A stretch of 35,931 nucleotides of DNA from a virus (taxonomy: Duplodnaviria; Caudoviricetes): IMG/VR virus record IMGVR_UViG_3300016466_000278, positions 1-35,931 of that record; one strand, written 5' to 3'. The notes under the pieces were generated by a model, which saw only the letters and a list, made by a program, of their open reading frames with translations, did not search any database and was not told where the DNA came from. Below, one piece after another: positions 14,638-24,513 of this stretch (within the stretch, counting starts at the first letter, position 1; each line of letters starts with the position of its first letter). The translations under genes and the position numbers were made by a program.

Positions 14638-16610
14638 TACCAAAGCCCCAAGCGGACACGCAGCCGGGTTGCGTCGTATACCTCCACCACGCTGTTGCTG
14701 ATCACGATCCTTGCGCCAGAGCTTCCTGATTGGATTGTAAGGCCCCCTGAGCCGATGTTGAGCGTACCGACGTTGGCCGACTTAATCTTGACCGCTCCCG
14801 AGACGACTTCGAAAGGAGCTTCATCCGTTGAGCCGTTGTAGACTGAAAAAGTATCCGTCTTGAACTTGACTGAGCTGGTCGTCCCATCGCTCAGCAGCTT
14901 CATCGACGCGATGCGGCCATTGGCATCGACCGTGAGGCCGTAGGAAGCTGTCAGCTTGCCGTCTACCGTGGCGATGGCTGAGGCGTTGGTGCTGACGCTG
15001 GCGCTTAGCGTTTCAATATCCGTGATTTCTTCAATCAGAAACTCGCGGACTTCAATAACGCCTCCGGACCCTCCTGACCGCGTCAGGTCAATTCTCGGGC
15101 GCCAGTAGGCGCTATTAGAACTGACAGCCGTACAGGTGATGATACGCCCGAAATTGACAACGCCATCGGCTTCTACAAACGAGGCGTCGGATGAGGGTCG
15201 GCTACCGTCCGCAGCTCCGGACCAGTCGGATGACGGATCCGTGTGAGTGTAGCTGCTGTTCATGCCGTTAATATAAAAAGCAAATGCCAGGGTTCCGCCG
15301 CCTGAAGCGTTTGCGTGAACCTTGGCCCGACACCTCAAACGATATTTGCGGTCGACCTGAGGCTGCAGGACAGCCTTTGGCTGCAGGTAAATGTTGCCGC
15401 TTGTGAGATCAACGCGGGCGACACGTCCTACGCCGGCAACATCCGCATATGTGACCTGCGAACTGGGGTTCGCGACAGTGCTAGGCGATCCTCCGGAAGC
15501 TGTCGTCCAGAACAAGCCATCCGCCACGAAATCTGCGACTGACAGCGACGTGAACCGCTGCGAAACTTGAGACGACAGCGTCGTAATTGACGTTGCATTC
15601 GCACTGTCCCCTGTGGCGCGAGCCGTTTCTTCCGCTGTGATGCGCGCGTTGAGGTTTGCCTCTCCATTTCTGGCCGCGCTGATCTCGCTGGCAATGCCTG
15701 AAACGGCGCCATCAAGCGTGGTGATCGCCGTCTCTGCCGTTCCAATGCGCGCTGTCAAGCCCGTTGTAGGCGTGTCTACAGTGGTCTCAAGCGTGGTCAG
15801 CCTTGCAGAAGCTGCATTGTCTCCATTGGTCCGCGCTGTCGACTCTGCATTGATGCGGGCGTTGAGGTTGACCTGTCCACTGCGTGCGGCAACGATTTCG
15901 CTGGAAACCGACGCAACAGAGCCATCAAGCGTTGTGATCGCGCCTTCAGCGACGGTGACACGAGCGGAAAGCCCTGTTGTCGGCGTGTCTACGGTCGTTT
16001 CAAGATTGGTGATGCGGATGGCGGCAGCAGTATCTGCCGTCGAGCGGGTTGTTGCTTCCTGCGTGATCGCTGCGTTTACATTGGTGTTGTTCGTCGTCAC
16101 CGTCGATGTCAGGCTCGTGATCAACGATGACAGAGCGCTGTCAGCATCGGAGCGGGTTGTTGCTTCCTGCGTGATCGCTGAAGACAGGCCGGCATCAGCG
16201 GTCTGATAGTCTGCAGAAATCTCTGTCTCGACAGTGGCTATGGACTGATTAAGACTTGCCTCAACCGTCTGCACATAGCCGATTGACGCCATGATGACAG
16301 GTTCCTGGCTGTCATCAATCAGCTCAGTCGTTCCGTCATCGTCCGTCAGTTCCGTTGCGCCGCTGTCGTCCGTTAAATTGATGAGTGAAACGCCTGCATC
16401 ATTTTGAACTGTGAAGTTTCCGTTCTGATCATAGCCAAACGTGATGACCTGCCCCTGAGGGCTGGTGAAGGCCAGGCGCTTGCCGATAGGGACAATCAGG
16501 TCGCCCCTCCTGTCATAGCTCAGGCCAATATTGCGCTCCACCTCAGCGCGGAACTCAGCCTCATTGCGCCTGTCATACTCAGCCTTCGGAGGGACGATCG
16601 TAATGGTCAA
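14637..16610 (-). CDS. Tail needle/central fiber protein with coiled-coil repeats and a DUF1983-like C-terminus
   Basis: Probable TTG start at 16610 (TTGA overlap, GAGGGGG SD). It has a T/S/A-rich coiled coil, and the C-terminal YGLTVDANGRIASM...FKTDTFSVY...PFEV...LRVRLGLW resembles the lambda J-type DUF1983 end. Confidence 0.75.
   Translation of the reverse strand: MTITIVPPKAEYDRRNEAEFRAEVERNIGLSYDRRGDLIVPIGKRLAFTSPQGQVITFGYDQNGNFTVQNDAGVSLINLTDDSGATELTDDDGTTELIDDSQEPVIMASIGYVQTVEASLNQSIATVETEISADYQTADAGLSSAITQEATTRSDADSALSSLITSLTSTVTTNNTNVNAAITQEATTRSTADTAAAIRITNLETTVDTPTTGLSARVTVAEGAITTLDGSVASVSSEIVAARSGQVNLNARINAESTARTNGDNAASARLTTLETTVDTPTTGLTARIGTAETAITTLDGAVSGIASEISAARNGEANLNARITAEETARATGDSANATSITTLSSQVSQRFTSLSVADFVADGLFWTTASGGSPSTVANPSSQVTYADVAGVGRVARVDLTSGNIYLQPKAVLQPQVDRKYRLRCRAKVHANASGGGTLAFAFYINGMNSSYTHTDPSSDWSGAADGSRPSSDASFVEADGVVNFGRIITCTAVSSNSAYWRPRIDLTRSGGSGGVIEVREFLIEEITDIETLSASVSTNASAIATVDGKLTASYGLTVDANGRIASMKLLSDGTTSSVKFKTDTFSVYNGSTDEAPFEVVSGAVKIKSANVGTLNIGSGGLTIQSGSSGARIVISNSVVEVYDATRLRVRLGLW
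15600..16180 (-). repeat. Internal coding repeats of the tail fiber
   Basis: Two 71-aa tandem units (LETTVDTPTTGL...NLNARI, period 213 nt) and a 31-bp exact repeat at 16042-16072 and 16150-16180 (AITQEATTRS). Confidence 0.9.
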
Positions 16611-17977
16611 TACCGCCCCCTCGTCTTGAGGATCGCCCGCCACTCCCCTATGCGTGCATCTGTCTTGTTCGCCGCCATACGCAGCTCAAAACGGATCTGG
16701 CGCGCCGTCGTCATGATCGCCATGCGATCAGCGGCGTTGTAAGGCCCCAGCGTCGTCTCGCTCGCCTGGGGGTAATCCCTCACATGGAGATAGACCTGAC
16801 AGTCGCCCTGCGTTTTCTCATCAGGCCAGATCTCGTCAAGGTAAACAGCCCTGTCCCCATTCTCCAGCTGGATCGGGCCGCTGATGAGCTTCCTGACTTC
16901 GCTGTCATAAGACCAGCCCGTCTCATGCTTGAGCATGGCGCCCGCACTGGTGACCCGCAGGGGCCATCCGAACACATCCGGCCCAAACCCACAAACGCGC
17001 GCCATCGGCGTGTGGTTCCAGTGGTTCTCGCGCGTTGAGAATATCGCAGCATGGCTGCACTCCGTCGCGCTCCCACGCGGATAATAGAACCAGACCTCAG
17101 CGAAGACGGGGTCATACTCACACCAGCACAGGTGCTGATACGCCGTGTTGATGTTGGAAAACACGTCATCCGCGATCGGGCACGGTATCTGCTCAAGGTA
17201 TCCCGAAAACTGCCAGAAGCCGCCTTTGCCCATCCAGTAAGCCGAAGAACCCACCCCGATCTTGGCGTGCTGGCCAATGATCCCGCAGCCGTTGGCCACG
17301 TGCTGCGAGGTGTAGACGTCAGGAGGGCCGACATATTCCAGCCTGTGCAAACCCTCTGTCGTAAACAAAAGGCTGCTGCCGCGGATCCTGAGCCCGCAGA
17401 CAAGCAATCCCGTGGCCTGTATGGGAAGATCACCCGCCTGGTTGATCGCCGTTGGCGTCCAGACCGTCCTGGCCTCCTGGTCGCACCACGCAAACTGACG
17501 GGGGTCGCCATCGACGCCAAGCGCCATCAGAAAGCGCTCTTCCGTCACGAATATCGCCTTCGCATCCGGCGCATTGGCGATCAGCGTGGCGTCTCCCGCC
17601 CCTCCCGGCTGCCAGTCGTATATCTTGTCGCCGTCGCAGGCGATCAGGACCTCTCCGAAATTATCGAGGCTCCAGTTGGTCGTGCTCGTAAATGCAGCTG
17701 GGGTTATCTCATCCAGCGCGACACCCCCATCATGGGCGTAAAGCTTGGTCGTCGTCCCAAAGGCCGCGAACTTCGCCTCGTCATTATCCAGCCAGGCATG
17801 CGCTGCGCGGGGCGTCCCGGCCAGCGTCCCGGCAAGCCCCGTCGCCCACCCCTTCATCGGGCGGATGACGCCCTCGGCAAAACGCCAGTATTGGTTGTCA
17901 TTCCAGCGGCCAGCAGCCTGCAGCTGCGTGCCCTGCCTGAAAAGACCAGCAGGAAGGGACAGGGATACAGGAGGCAT
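16607..17977 (-). CDS. Tail nozzle / DNA stabilization protein (P22 gp10 / T7 gp12-like)
   Basis: 456 aa, beta-propeller-like (WSLDNFGE, AWCDQE...WTPTAINQAGD, GCGIIG), located directly after the adaptor. Confidence 0.75.
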   Translation of the reverse strand: MPPVSLSLPAGLFRQGTQLQAAGRWNDNQYWRFAEGVIRPMKGWATGLAGTLAGTPRAAHAWLDNDEAKFAAFGTTTKLYAHDGGVALDEITPAAFTSTTNWSLDNFGEVLIACDGDKIYDWQPGGAGDATLIANAPDAKAIFVTEERFLMALGVDGDPRQFAWCDQEARTVWTPTAINQAGDLPIQATGLLVCGLRIRGSSLLFTTEGLHRLEYVGPPDVYTSQHVANGCGIIGQHAKIGVGSSAYWMGKGGFWQFSGYLEQIPCPIADDVFSNINTAYQHLCWCEYDPVFAEVWFYYPRGSATECSHAAIFSTRENHWNHTPMARVCGFGPDVFGWPLRVTSAGAMLKHETGWSYDSEVRKLISGPIQLENGDRAVYLDEIWPDEKTQGDCQVYLHVRDYPQASETTLGPYNAADRMAIMTTARQIRFELRMAANKTDARIGEWRAILKTRGRY

Positions 17978-18609
17978 TACCAGATCGCCATGCCGGAAGT
18001 GGGGATGATCGCATCGGGCGTAGCCATGTCCGTCTGCAGAAGCTGGCTGAGCTTCTTTTCATAGGCGCCCTGCCACTGGCCCCTCATCTCAGACAGATCC
18101 AGCCTCAGATCAGCCTCAAGAAGCGCCGCATAAAGGCTGAGATCAGGATGCTGCGTGATCAGCCAGTCCGTGTCCCCATCCGCAGACAGCGTCGTCAGGG
18201 ACCCCGTCCAGCGCATCCTGACCGTGGTCGTAACCGCTGGCCAGAAGACCAGCTGGTCGCCCACACGGTCATAATGCCTCGGCTCGCCGGTCTCAGCGTA
18301 GTTGAAACTCTCAATGCGATCGATCGGCTGATAGGTGATCCTCTCATACCCGCCCGCATTCTGGCGCATCGAACGGACGCCCTGAAAGCCTGCAGGTATG
18401 CTGGCCACCCCCGATGTCACCGACAGGCTGGTCGTGAGATTGTCCAGCTTGCGGAACTTCGCCTTGATCAGAATGCGCTGCAGCTCAGCGCGCGAGTTCT
18501 GGACGTATTCCGGGATCCGATCGGTCGTTTCCGCCGTCGTGAGCGATGTGGAAGGCTTCGCCCAGTTTGCAACAGCAGCCCTCAAGGTGCCGTATGTCGT
18601 GATCGCCAT
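17977..18609 (-). CDS. Head-tail adaptor protein
   Basis: MAITTYGTLRAAVANW...IPEYV...LS....TDWLITQHPDLSLYAALLEA is the typical adaptor pattern of SU10/P22-like podophages. Confidence 0.8.
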   Translation of the reverse strand: MAITTYGTLRAAVANWAKPSTSLTTAETTDRIPEYVQNSRAELQRILIKAKFRKLDNLTTSLSVTSGVASIPAGFQGVRSMRQNAGGYERITYQPIDRIESFNYAETGEPRHYDRVGDQLVFWPAVTTTVRMRWTGSLTTLSADGDTDWLITQHPDLSLYAALLEADLRLDLSEMRGQWQGAYEKKLSQLLQTDMATPDAIIPTSGMAIW

Positions 18610-18612
18610 GCC

Positions 18613-18999
18613 TCACACCCACTGACCCTGCTTGCCTATCCGGAAGTTCGCTGTCCTGAGCCTCGACCAGTCGCTGTCGTCCAGAAGGCGGTTGACCGCC
18701 GCCTGCTGATCCGGGTCCTTCGACCAGTAATCAACGCCCAGCTCTTCCTTCCAGCGTGTGATCACCGACCACGGCACCGTCGCTGCGCGCCTCAGAAGCT
18801 TGTCCGTCTTGCCCGTCCCATCGATCGACCAGCCGTCGTTGTGGTTGGCCATCTCACGATTGCGCTGCAGGACAGCCTCCGTGTCCTGAACCATGAGGTA
18901 ATCCGGCTCCCTATAAGGGCCATTATCCCTCATATACCAGGCCGTCCCCATCCGCGTGACGTGCAGCAGATGGAACCCTGCAGGAGGCGTGTAGCTCAT
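18613..18999 (-). CDS. Conserved hypothetical head-module protein
   Basis: QDTEAVLQRN...RRAATVP...W..E.G...RLLDDSDWSRLRT motif typical of the gene following the capsid gene in this phage group. Confidence 0.7.
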   Translation of the reverse strand: MSYTPPAGFHLLHVTRMGTAWYMRDNGPYREPDYLMVQDTEAVLQRNREMANHNDGWSIDGTGKTDKLLRRAATVPWSVITRWKEELGVDYWSKDPDQQAAVNRLLDDSDWSRLRTANFRIGKQGQWV

Positions 19000-19002
19000 G
19001 GC

Positions 19003-19695
19003 CTACCCCGCCACGATCTCGGCATAGCCATTGGCCTGATGCACCTTCGCAGCGCTGATCAGGACATCCGGCACAAGATCGCCATAGCTGTACTTCACAT
19101 CACCGACGCCCGGGATATGAACGCCCTTGCTGATCTTCTTGTCGCCCAGAGGCAGCACGCGGATGGTCACACGCGCCTCCGGAGCCTTGACAGCTTTCAG
19201 CCTGTCCTGCTCATCAAGAACAGCCTGGATCGCCGCCTGCTCGGCCATCCTTGCCATGATACGGTCGCGAATGCCGTCATTGTTGAGGCCCGGCCTGATC
19301 TCGCGCGCAATGCCAAGACGGGAGGCCTGCTCCATAAGCTGGCGGCGCTCGTCCTCCTCACGGCCCAGCTGCCCCGGCGACAGCATCTGCGCCGTCGTCA
19401 GCATGCCAACAGGCTGATTGGACTTCGCAGCCTCAGCCCTCGCCTTGAGAGCCTCATTCTCACGCCTGAGAGCTGCAAGCTCTGCAGCAAGATCCGCTAT
19501 GCTCGGCGCTGCCTCCTCAATGTTGGCGTCCTCCTCGACTGCCGGAGCCAGTTTAGCGGCGATAAGGTCTTCCATCCTGCGTATTGAAAAGCGGCGGTCT
19601 GTCTTAATCCCAAGCCGCGCGCATTCCGCCATGAGTTCCTCACGGCGCTGTGCTTCGGTGTCCGCGCTATGCGGGGTCAGCATGTCATCAGTCAT
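19003..19695 (-). CDS. Hypothetical protein with two HeH/LEM-like helical motifs
   Basis: Likely ATG at 19695 (GAGGA SD). Repeated REELMAECARLGI and RRQLMEQASRLGI segments. Confidence 0.65.
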   Translation of the reverse strand: MTDDMLTPHSADTEAQRREELMAECARLGIKTDRRFSIRRMEDLIAAKLAPAVEEDANIEEAAPSIADLAAELAALRRENEALKARAEAAKSNQPVGMLTTAQMLSPGQLGREEDERRQLMEQASRLGIAREIRPGLNNDGIRDRIMARMAEQAAIQAVLDEQDRLKAVKAPEARVTIRVLPLGDKKISKGVHIPGVGDVKYSYGDLVPDVLISAAKVHQANGYAEIVAG

Positions 19696-19708
19696 GTCGT
19701 CCTCGTTC

Positions 19709-19742
19709 AAAATGAAACGGGCGGCCCGGAATGAGCCGCCCG
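19709..19742 (-). terminator. Rho-independent terminator after the major capsid gene
   Basis: 8-bp stem CGGGCGGC/GCCGCCCG (19718-19742) followed on the minus strand by TTTCATTTT. Confidence 0.7.
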
Positions 19743-19784
19743 CCAGTCGTCTTCCCAGAGAAGGAAAGTCAGTTCAGAGCGTCA

Positions 19785-20744
19785 TCACGACAGATCGCGT
19801 ATGACGAAGCCTTTCTTCTCGTTCTTCGCGATCAGGCACTTTTCAGCCAGCGTCTGCCACTTGATGTTGTCGCCCTGCGGCGCAAGCATCTTGGTCTGGA
19901 CGCCGCGATAGGTGCCCCACGCCCAGCCTTCCGGATCAATCCCGAAGACATCGCGCGACAGGTCCGGATGCGGGATGAAGTCCATCGCTCCGAAGTCTGA
20001 AACATAACGGTCGGCGCCGGCATAGATGGTAGCCTGCGCATTACCGCCAACATTGGCGCGGATGTCCGCGATGCCGGTGAAGCCAGACGCCACCTGCTTG
20101 TGCGAGCCCGACATGAAGACCGCCTTGAAACGGACCCCATTGTTGAAGCCCGTGGCCAGAACAGCCTTGAGCAGGGCCTCGGTGAAAGTGCGCTGCGTGC
20201 CATTGGTCGCAGCAGCCACAACACCGCCCGATGACCAGCCGCCAGAGGAGCCGTTGGCGCCCATCGTGTCGTTGGTCGACACCCAGGCAAGGCCGCCAGC
20301 CGTCTTACGTGTCACGGAGCCAGCCGTTTCAGCAACGGAGGCCTTATTCGAAACGCCGCGAGCTTCCATGTCGTTCAGAAGCTCAATGCCCTTCTTGGTC
20401 TTTTGACGCTGCAGTTCCGTGTCGCGGCCAGCGAGGTTGGCTTCCATCGCCGTACCGGAGATGACGCCGTTGTTTTCGAAGATCTGGCAGAACACGCCAA
20501 CACGGGTCGGCTGTGATGACGTGTCGAACGTGGAAATGTCATCGCCTTCATACGCCGCATTGTCCGGATCGCGGTTAGCGAGCGTATCCAGCTGCCATTC
20601 ATGGAGAACAGATTTGACAGCAGTTTTCCCGATCATCGAGGTGAAGGGGCGGTCTTCCTGAGCGACACGATAGATGGTGTCATCGAGGTCCTCGCGCTCG
20701 CCAACGAAGGCTGAGCGGACAAGTGTATTGGTAGGGGCAGCCAT
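19785..20744 (-). CDS. Major capsid protein (SU10/DUF5309-like)
   Basis: GEREDLDDTIY...PFTSMIGK...HEWQLDTL...QIF...K..EL..DME...YVSDFG motifs; follows the scaffold gene. Confidence 0.9.
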   Translation of the reverse strand: MAAPTNTLVRSAFVGEREDLDDTIYRVAQEDRPFTSMIGKTAVKSVLHEWQLDTLANRDPDNAAYEGDDISTFDTSSQPTRVGVFCQIFENNGVISGTAMEANLAGRDTELQRQKTKKGIELLNDMEARGVSNKASVAETAGSVTRKTAGGLAWVSTNDTMGANGSSGGWSSGGVVAAATNGTQRTFTEALLKAVLATGFNNGVRFKAVFMSGSHKQVASGFTGIADIRANVGGNAQATIYAGADRYVSDFGAMDFIPHPDLSRDVFGIDPEGWAWGTYRGVQTKMLAPQGDNIKWQTLAEKCLIAKNEKKGFVIRDLS

Positions 20745-20747
20745 GGT

Positions 20748-21872
20748 TTATCTCTTTCCGAGTTTTGCCCTCAGCTGCATGACCCGAGTGTGCTCTTCAG
20801 CTGTCCAACTCGGCTTGGCCATGAGTTTCTGGAGGGCGGCTTCATCCGATGAAGGCCTGTGACCCTGACTTGACGCAGGAGCGCTGGGTCCGGCTTTAGC
20901 CTTCGGCTTGGGTGGAGGCGCTTTTGCAACACGAGCAGCTGACTGGCGGTAACGTTCCGCGTCACGGATGAGAGCCTGTATGCCGCCCTTTTCGGCATAC
21001 TTCTTCATCATGTCGTCGTATGTCTTCGCCTTGTAGCTGATCTGCGCTTCCATGGCAGATATGCCGGCAATACGTTCGGGCTCGAAGCCCTGCATCCTGA
21101 GGTAGGACGCAAGCTCGGATTTGCGCTTCGGACCCTGCTCAGGGTCGGCAAACTCGGGGATCATCTCGGCCATTAGCCGTGACTGCTCCACCTGGAATGC
21201 ATGAAACGCTTCACGCTCAGCGGCTTCCTTGGCATCCATTGTCTGCTTCAGTTCGCGCTGTTCGCTGCGGTAGCGTGTCTGCTCCGCAAGAAACTGGCCG
21301 GGATCAGAGCGGGCAAGATCAGCTGCGTCATCAGACGCAAACCACTCTTCCCATTCTCTCATCCTCTGCAGTCCGGGCTCAACGTAGTGCTGATCGATGC
21401 GGTTCGCGAGACTATTGAGGTGCTGGATGCGTGTCTCATAAGCCCGGATCGCTTCGGCGGATCTCTGCTGTGCTCTGGTGACTTCGGCCTGCTGCGCCTT
21501 CTCGCGCCTCAGGATGGTCTCCTGAGCTTTGCGAGGAAGCTTTGCAAAGATAGCTTTGTCACCTGCTTCCCAACGCGCCGGAGGTTCGAGTGTCGGCCTG
21601 GCCGGTTCGGGTTCTGGCGCTTCATCGGCTTCGAGGGTGTCCGTATCCGGGGCCTCTTCGCCATCGTCAGCCGATTGGGGGGCGGCTTCGGAATCCTCTG
21701 TGTCGCTCGCAGCATACTCAGCCTCGCCCTCATCGTCGGGGCTGGCCGCTTCTGCTGTCTCGTCCTGATCCGGCTCCTCCTGCGGAACCTCCTCAGCTTT
21801 GGAGAGCAATGCGACGTGTTGATCAATGCTAAGCGGTCCCGTTGCCGGGATCGCAGCCTCAGTGTCTGCCAT
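20748..21872 (-). CDS. Capsid scaffolding protein
   Basis: Acidic disordered N-terminus, a PP.RW...K..F.KLP...Q motif and coiled coil; lies between portal and capsid. Confidence 0.8.
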   Translation of the reverse strand: MADTEAAIPATGPLSIDQHVALLSKAEEVPQEEPDQDETAEAASPDDEGEAEYAASDTEDSEAAPQSADDGEEAPDTDTLEADEAPEPEPARPTLEPPARWEAGDKAIFAKLPRKAQETILRREKAQQAEVTRAQQRSAEAIRAYETRIQHLNSLANRIDQHYVEPGLQRMREWEEWFASDDAADLARSDPGQFLAEQTRYRSEQRELKQTMDAKEAAEREAFHAFQVEQSRLMAEMIPEFADPEQGPKRKSELASYLRMQGFEPERIAGISAMEAQISYKAKTYDDMMKKYAEKGGIQALIRDAERYRQSAARVAKAPPPKPKAKAGPSAPASSQGHRPSSDEAALQKLMAKPSWTAEEHTRVMQLRAKLGKR

Positions 21873-21904
21873 GTTGGATGTCCTGGTTAGCTGGGGCCCG
21901 ACGC

Positions 21905-22162
21905 TTAGTTCGCGGGCCGTGTAGCTTCTGTGAGAGACTGCTCAATCTGCCAGTCATCGACCGGCACACGGATCATTGAGCGTAGTATGTCCAGAGCATG
22001 CACGCGCAAAAGCATGTGTAATGCGCTGTCCGTCCGTCCGTTTCCTGCGTCCTCCACTGCCTTCTCGAGCAGGTGCGCGCGAAGCTTTGAGTGCGCCTCC
22101 TCCGTCACCTCAAGCTCAACGCGAGCCTGATAGGCGCGGCCTTCCTTCGATCGCTCCGTCAT
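21905..22162 (-). CDS. Small hypothetical protein between portal and scaffold
   Basis: 85 aa, helical, with an ATGA overlap with the portal stop. Confidence 0.7.
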   Translation of the reverse strand: MTERSKEGRAYQARVELEVTEEAHSKLRAHLLEKAVEDAGNGRTDSALHMLLRVHALDILRSMIRVPVDDWQIEQSLTEATRPAN

Positions 22163-24510
22163 ACGCCGGCCTCACCGCCGATGTTGACATCCGTCGATCG
22201 TATAACCCCGGATCCCGTCACCCCGGCCTGTATGCGCGCCATCTGAAGACGCTCATTGAGCGCAAGCTCAGCCTGTATCTGCTCGCGCTTGAGGGCGATC
22301 TCCTGATCAATCTGGTAGCGGCGTATCTCAGCATCCTGCATTGCTCGCGCCTGCTCAGCCTCAAGCATCCTCTGCTGATGCGCCTGATCCTGCTGCGCCT
22401 TCAGCATCTGCGCCTCGCGATCAGACATGACCTTCGCTTCAGCCGCCTGCTGCTGCGACTGCAAGCTCATCTGAAGCTTCTGGGCCTCCATCTGCATGGC
22501 GTCCATGTGCTTCTGCCTGGCCAGTTCAAGCTCCCCCTGAACCTTCATCTGCGCCGGATCAGGAGGCGGAGGCGGCTCCTCAATACCCTGCATCTGCTTC
22601 ATCTGCGCTTCCTGAGCCTTCTTCGCCGCGATCTCCTCAGGATTGGCGAAGAACATCTCAGGGGCCTTGAACCCGGAACGGGTCGCAAATCGTGTCACAG
22701 CATTCCACACCTGCTGGGGACCGGCCATCGCGGCATAGTCCGGTATCTGCGACTGGATCATCTTCTGCTGGAAGTCGATCACACGACCCAGCGCCGCAAG
22801 CTCCATGTCCTTGCCGCCAGAGCCCACGCCCACTTCTATGACCATGTCGGAGCGGTCGCCAAATGTGCTCGGGTCAATATCCACCCACTTGCCCCGAAGA
22901 CGGATCTTGTCCGCCCTCGTCGCATGCTTCCGGCTGAGGGCATGGATATCAAGCAGCCACCCCTTGACCAGCGTCTCAGCCAGGATGCGCGCAATCATCC
23001 TCACCCGCTTCTGTGCGGCAGCCATGAGAGCCTGAGCGCCCCGCGCCGTATCATGCAGCGTATCAGGGTTCAGCCCCTGCGCATTTCGCACAATGCCCGT
23101 CCTCTGCTCTCCCATCGTGGAGACATATTCAAGCGCCTGCGCCACGTTGAAGCTGAGGGCGCCCGACTGCAGAGGGCGCACAGCATTGCCAGTCCTTGAC
23201 CTCACCGGCGCAAGGGGTTCGTTCCGCATCAGGTCGGAGATAGTATGCTCGTTCGCCTGATCCATGGCGATTTCCGTGCGCTGGTTCATCGCGAAATAGC
23301 CGCTGTCCAGCATCAGCCTGAGAAGGGCCGTCTTGATCTTCTGGATCTCTATCAGCTTCTCAGCCAGCGACTGGCCATAAAAGCGATGCGTCGTGATAAA
23401 CGGGGTCCCCACACTCACGCCCGTCCTGTCAATCCGGCGCTTATCCAGAAGCACGCGGCAATCGCTGTCCGTCTCGATCTTCCACAGCTGCGACTTGCCC
23501 GTGCCGTCAATGTCGGCCCGGATAAAGTGCTTATGCACCTCAACCGTCCGCATCAGCGACTTACCATCAGGACCCTCAGGTCCGGCCCCTTCCGCAGACT
23601 GAACAAGCGACGTCGTCTCGCCGGCAACATCCCGCGCAAGCTCGATATTCTCATTCGTCGTGCGCTTCGTGTAGGCCGGCAGCTTCGCCACAAGCTCCTC
23701 GTCAAACCCCATGTCGATAAGCGCCTGGGCGCGGGGATAAGAGCGGATACAGAAGTAAACCGCCTTGTTCAGGTCCAGGGTGGCGTCCTGAGCCACCGTC
23801 AGGTTGCTGGGATCCACAGCCTCAGAACGGATCTGGCCCTTGTCGTATTTCCTGCGGAGGACAGCATTGAATGTCGGGATTTCCACGCCTTCCTCGCCCA
23901 TGATGGGTTCGGCAGGCTGAACCGAGACAATCTCAACCCCGCTCTCAGCAGCCATCTCCAGCTCAGGCGCCGTCTTGCCGAAAACCTCCTCCTCCTCAAC
24001 AGCCTCCTCATCCTGCCAGTAGGTGTAGAGAATGCCGGTATCGGTCAGGAGGGCGTCCTTGATGGCCGTATAAAGCAGGAGGAAGCCTGGAAGCTTCTGG
24101 AAGGCCGTGTAATTGACCCAGTCTGTCTCCTGGCTCGCACGCTCCTCGTCATCTGCAGACACAGGCGCAATGGTGGCCACATCCTCACCGCCCGTAAAAA
24201 TGTCCATGAGATCCGGCATGACCGTCTCGATCGCCTCGGCGATGTCGGTGGAAACAGCCTTGCTCCTGTTAGGGAGGGACGGCATGTCATCCATCTCGCC
24301 CTTGGCGTATTTGAGCGATGTGGTCCGCTTGCGCTCGAGGGTCGAGAAGTTCTCAAAGCCTATGGAGACGTGGCGTTCCCCATCCAGCATATGGAGAATG
24401 TCCTCATCGGACATGCCGGCGCCGTCTTCTACGGGTTCATCGGCTTCGTCCATGAGTTCGTCATCGGGGAGGATGACCTCCTCGACAGACATCATTGCAA
24501 TTGCGGCCAT
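22159..24510 (-). CDS. Portal protein
   Basis: 783 aa with RSKAVSTDIAEAIETVMPDLMDIF, HRFYGQSLAE...IQKIKT and VGVGSG motifs and a Q-rich C-terminal coiled coil; follows TerL. Confidence 0.9.
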   Translation of the reverse strand: MAAIAMMSVEEVILPDDELMDEADEPVEDGAGMSDEDILHMLDGERHVSIGFENFSTLERKRTTSLKYAKGEMDDMPSLPNRSKAVSTDIAEAIETVMPDLMDIFTGGEDVATIAPVSADDEERASQETDWVNYTAFQKLPGFLLLYTAIKDALLTDTGILYTYWQDEEAVEEEEVFGKTAPELEMAAESGVEIVSVQPAEPIMGEEGVEIPTFNAVLRRKYDKGQIRSEAVDPSNLTVAQDATLDLNKAVYFCIRSYPRAQALIDMGFDEELVAKLPAYTKRTTNENIELARDVAGETTSLVQSAEGAGPEGPDGKSLMRTVEVHKHFIRADIDGTGKSQLWKIETDSDCRVLLDKRRIDRTGVSVGTPFITTHRFYGQSLAEKLIEIQKIKTALLRLMLDSGYFAMNQRTEIAMDQANEHTISDLMRNEPLAPVRSRTGNAVRPLQSGALSFNVAQALEYVSTMGEQRTGIVRNAQGLNPDTLHDTARGAQALMAAAQKRVRMIARILAETLVKGWLLDIHALSRKHATRADKIRLRGKWVDIDPSTFGDRSDMVIEVGVGSGGKDMELAALGRVIDFQQKMIQSQIPDYAAMAGPQQVWNAVTRFATRSGFKAPEMFFANPEEIAAKKAQEAQMKQMQGIEEPPPPPDPAQMKVQGELELARQKHMDAMQMEAQKLQMSLQSQQQAAEAKVMSDREAQMLKAQQDQAHQQRMLEAEQARAMQDAEIRRYQIDQEIALKREQIQAELALNERLQMARIQAGVTGSGVIRSTDVNIGGEAGV

Positions 24511-24513
24511 AGC

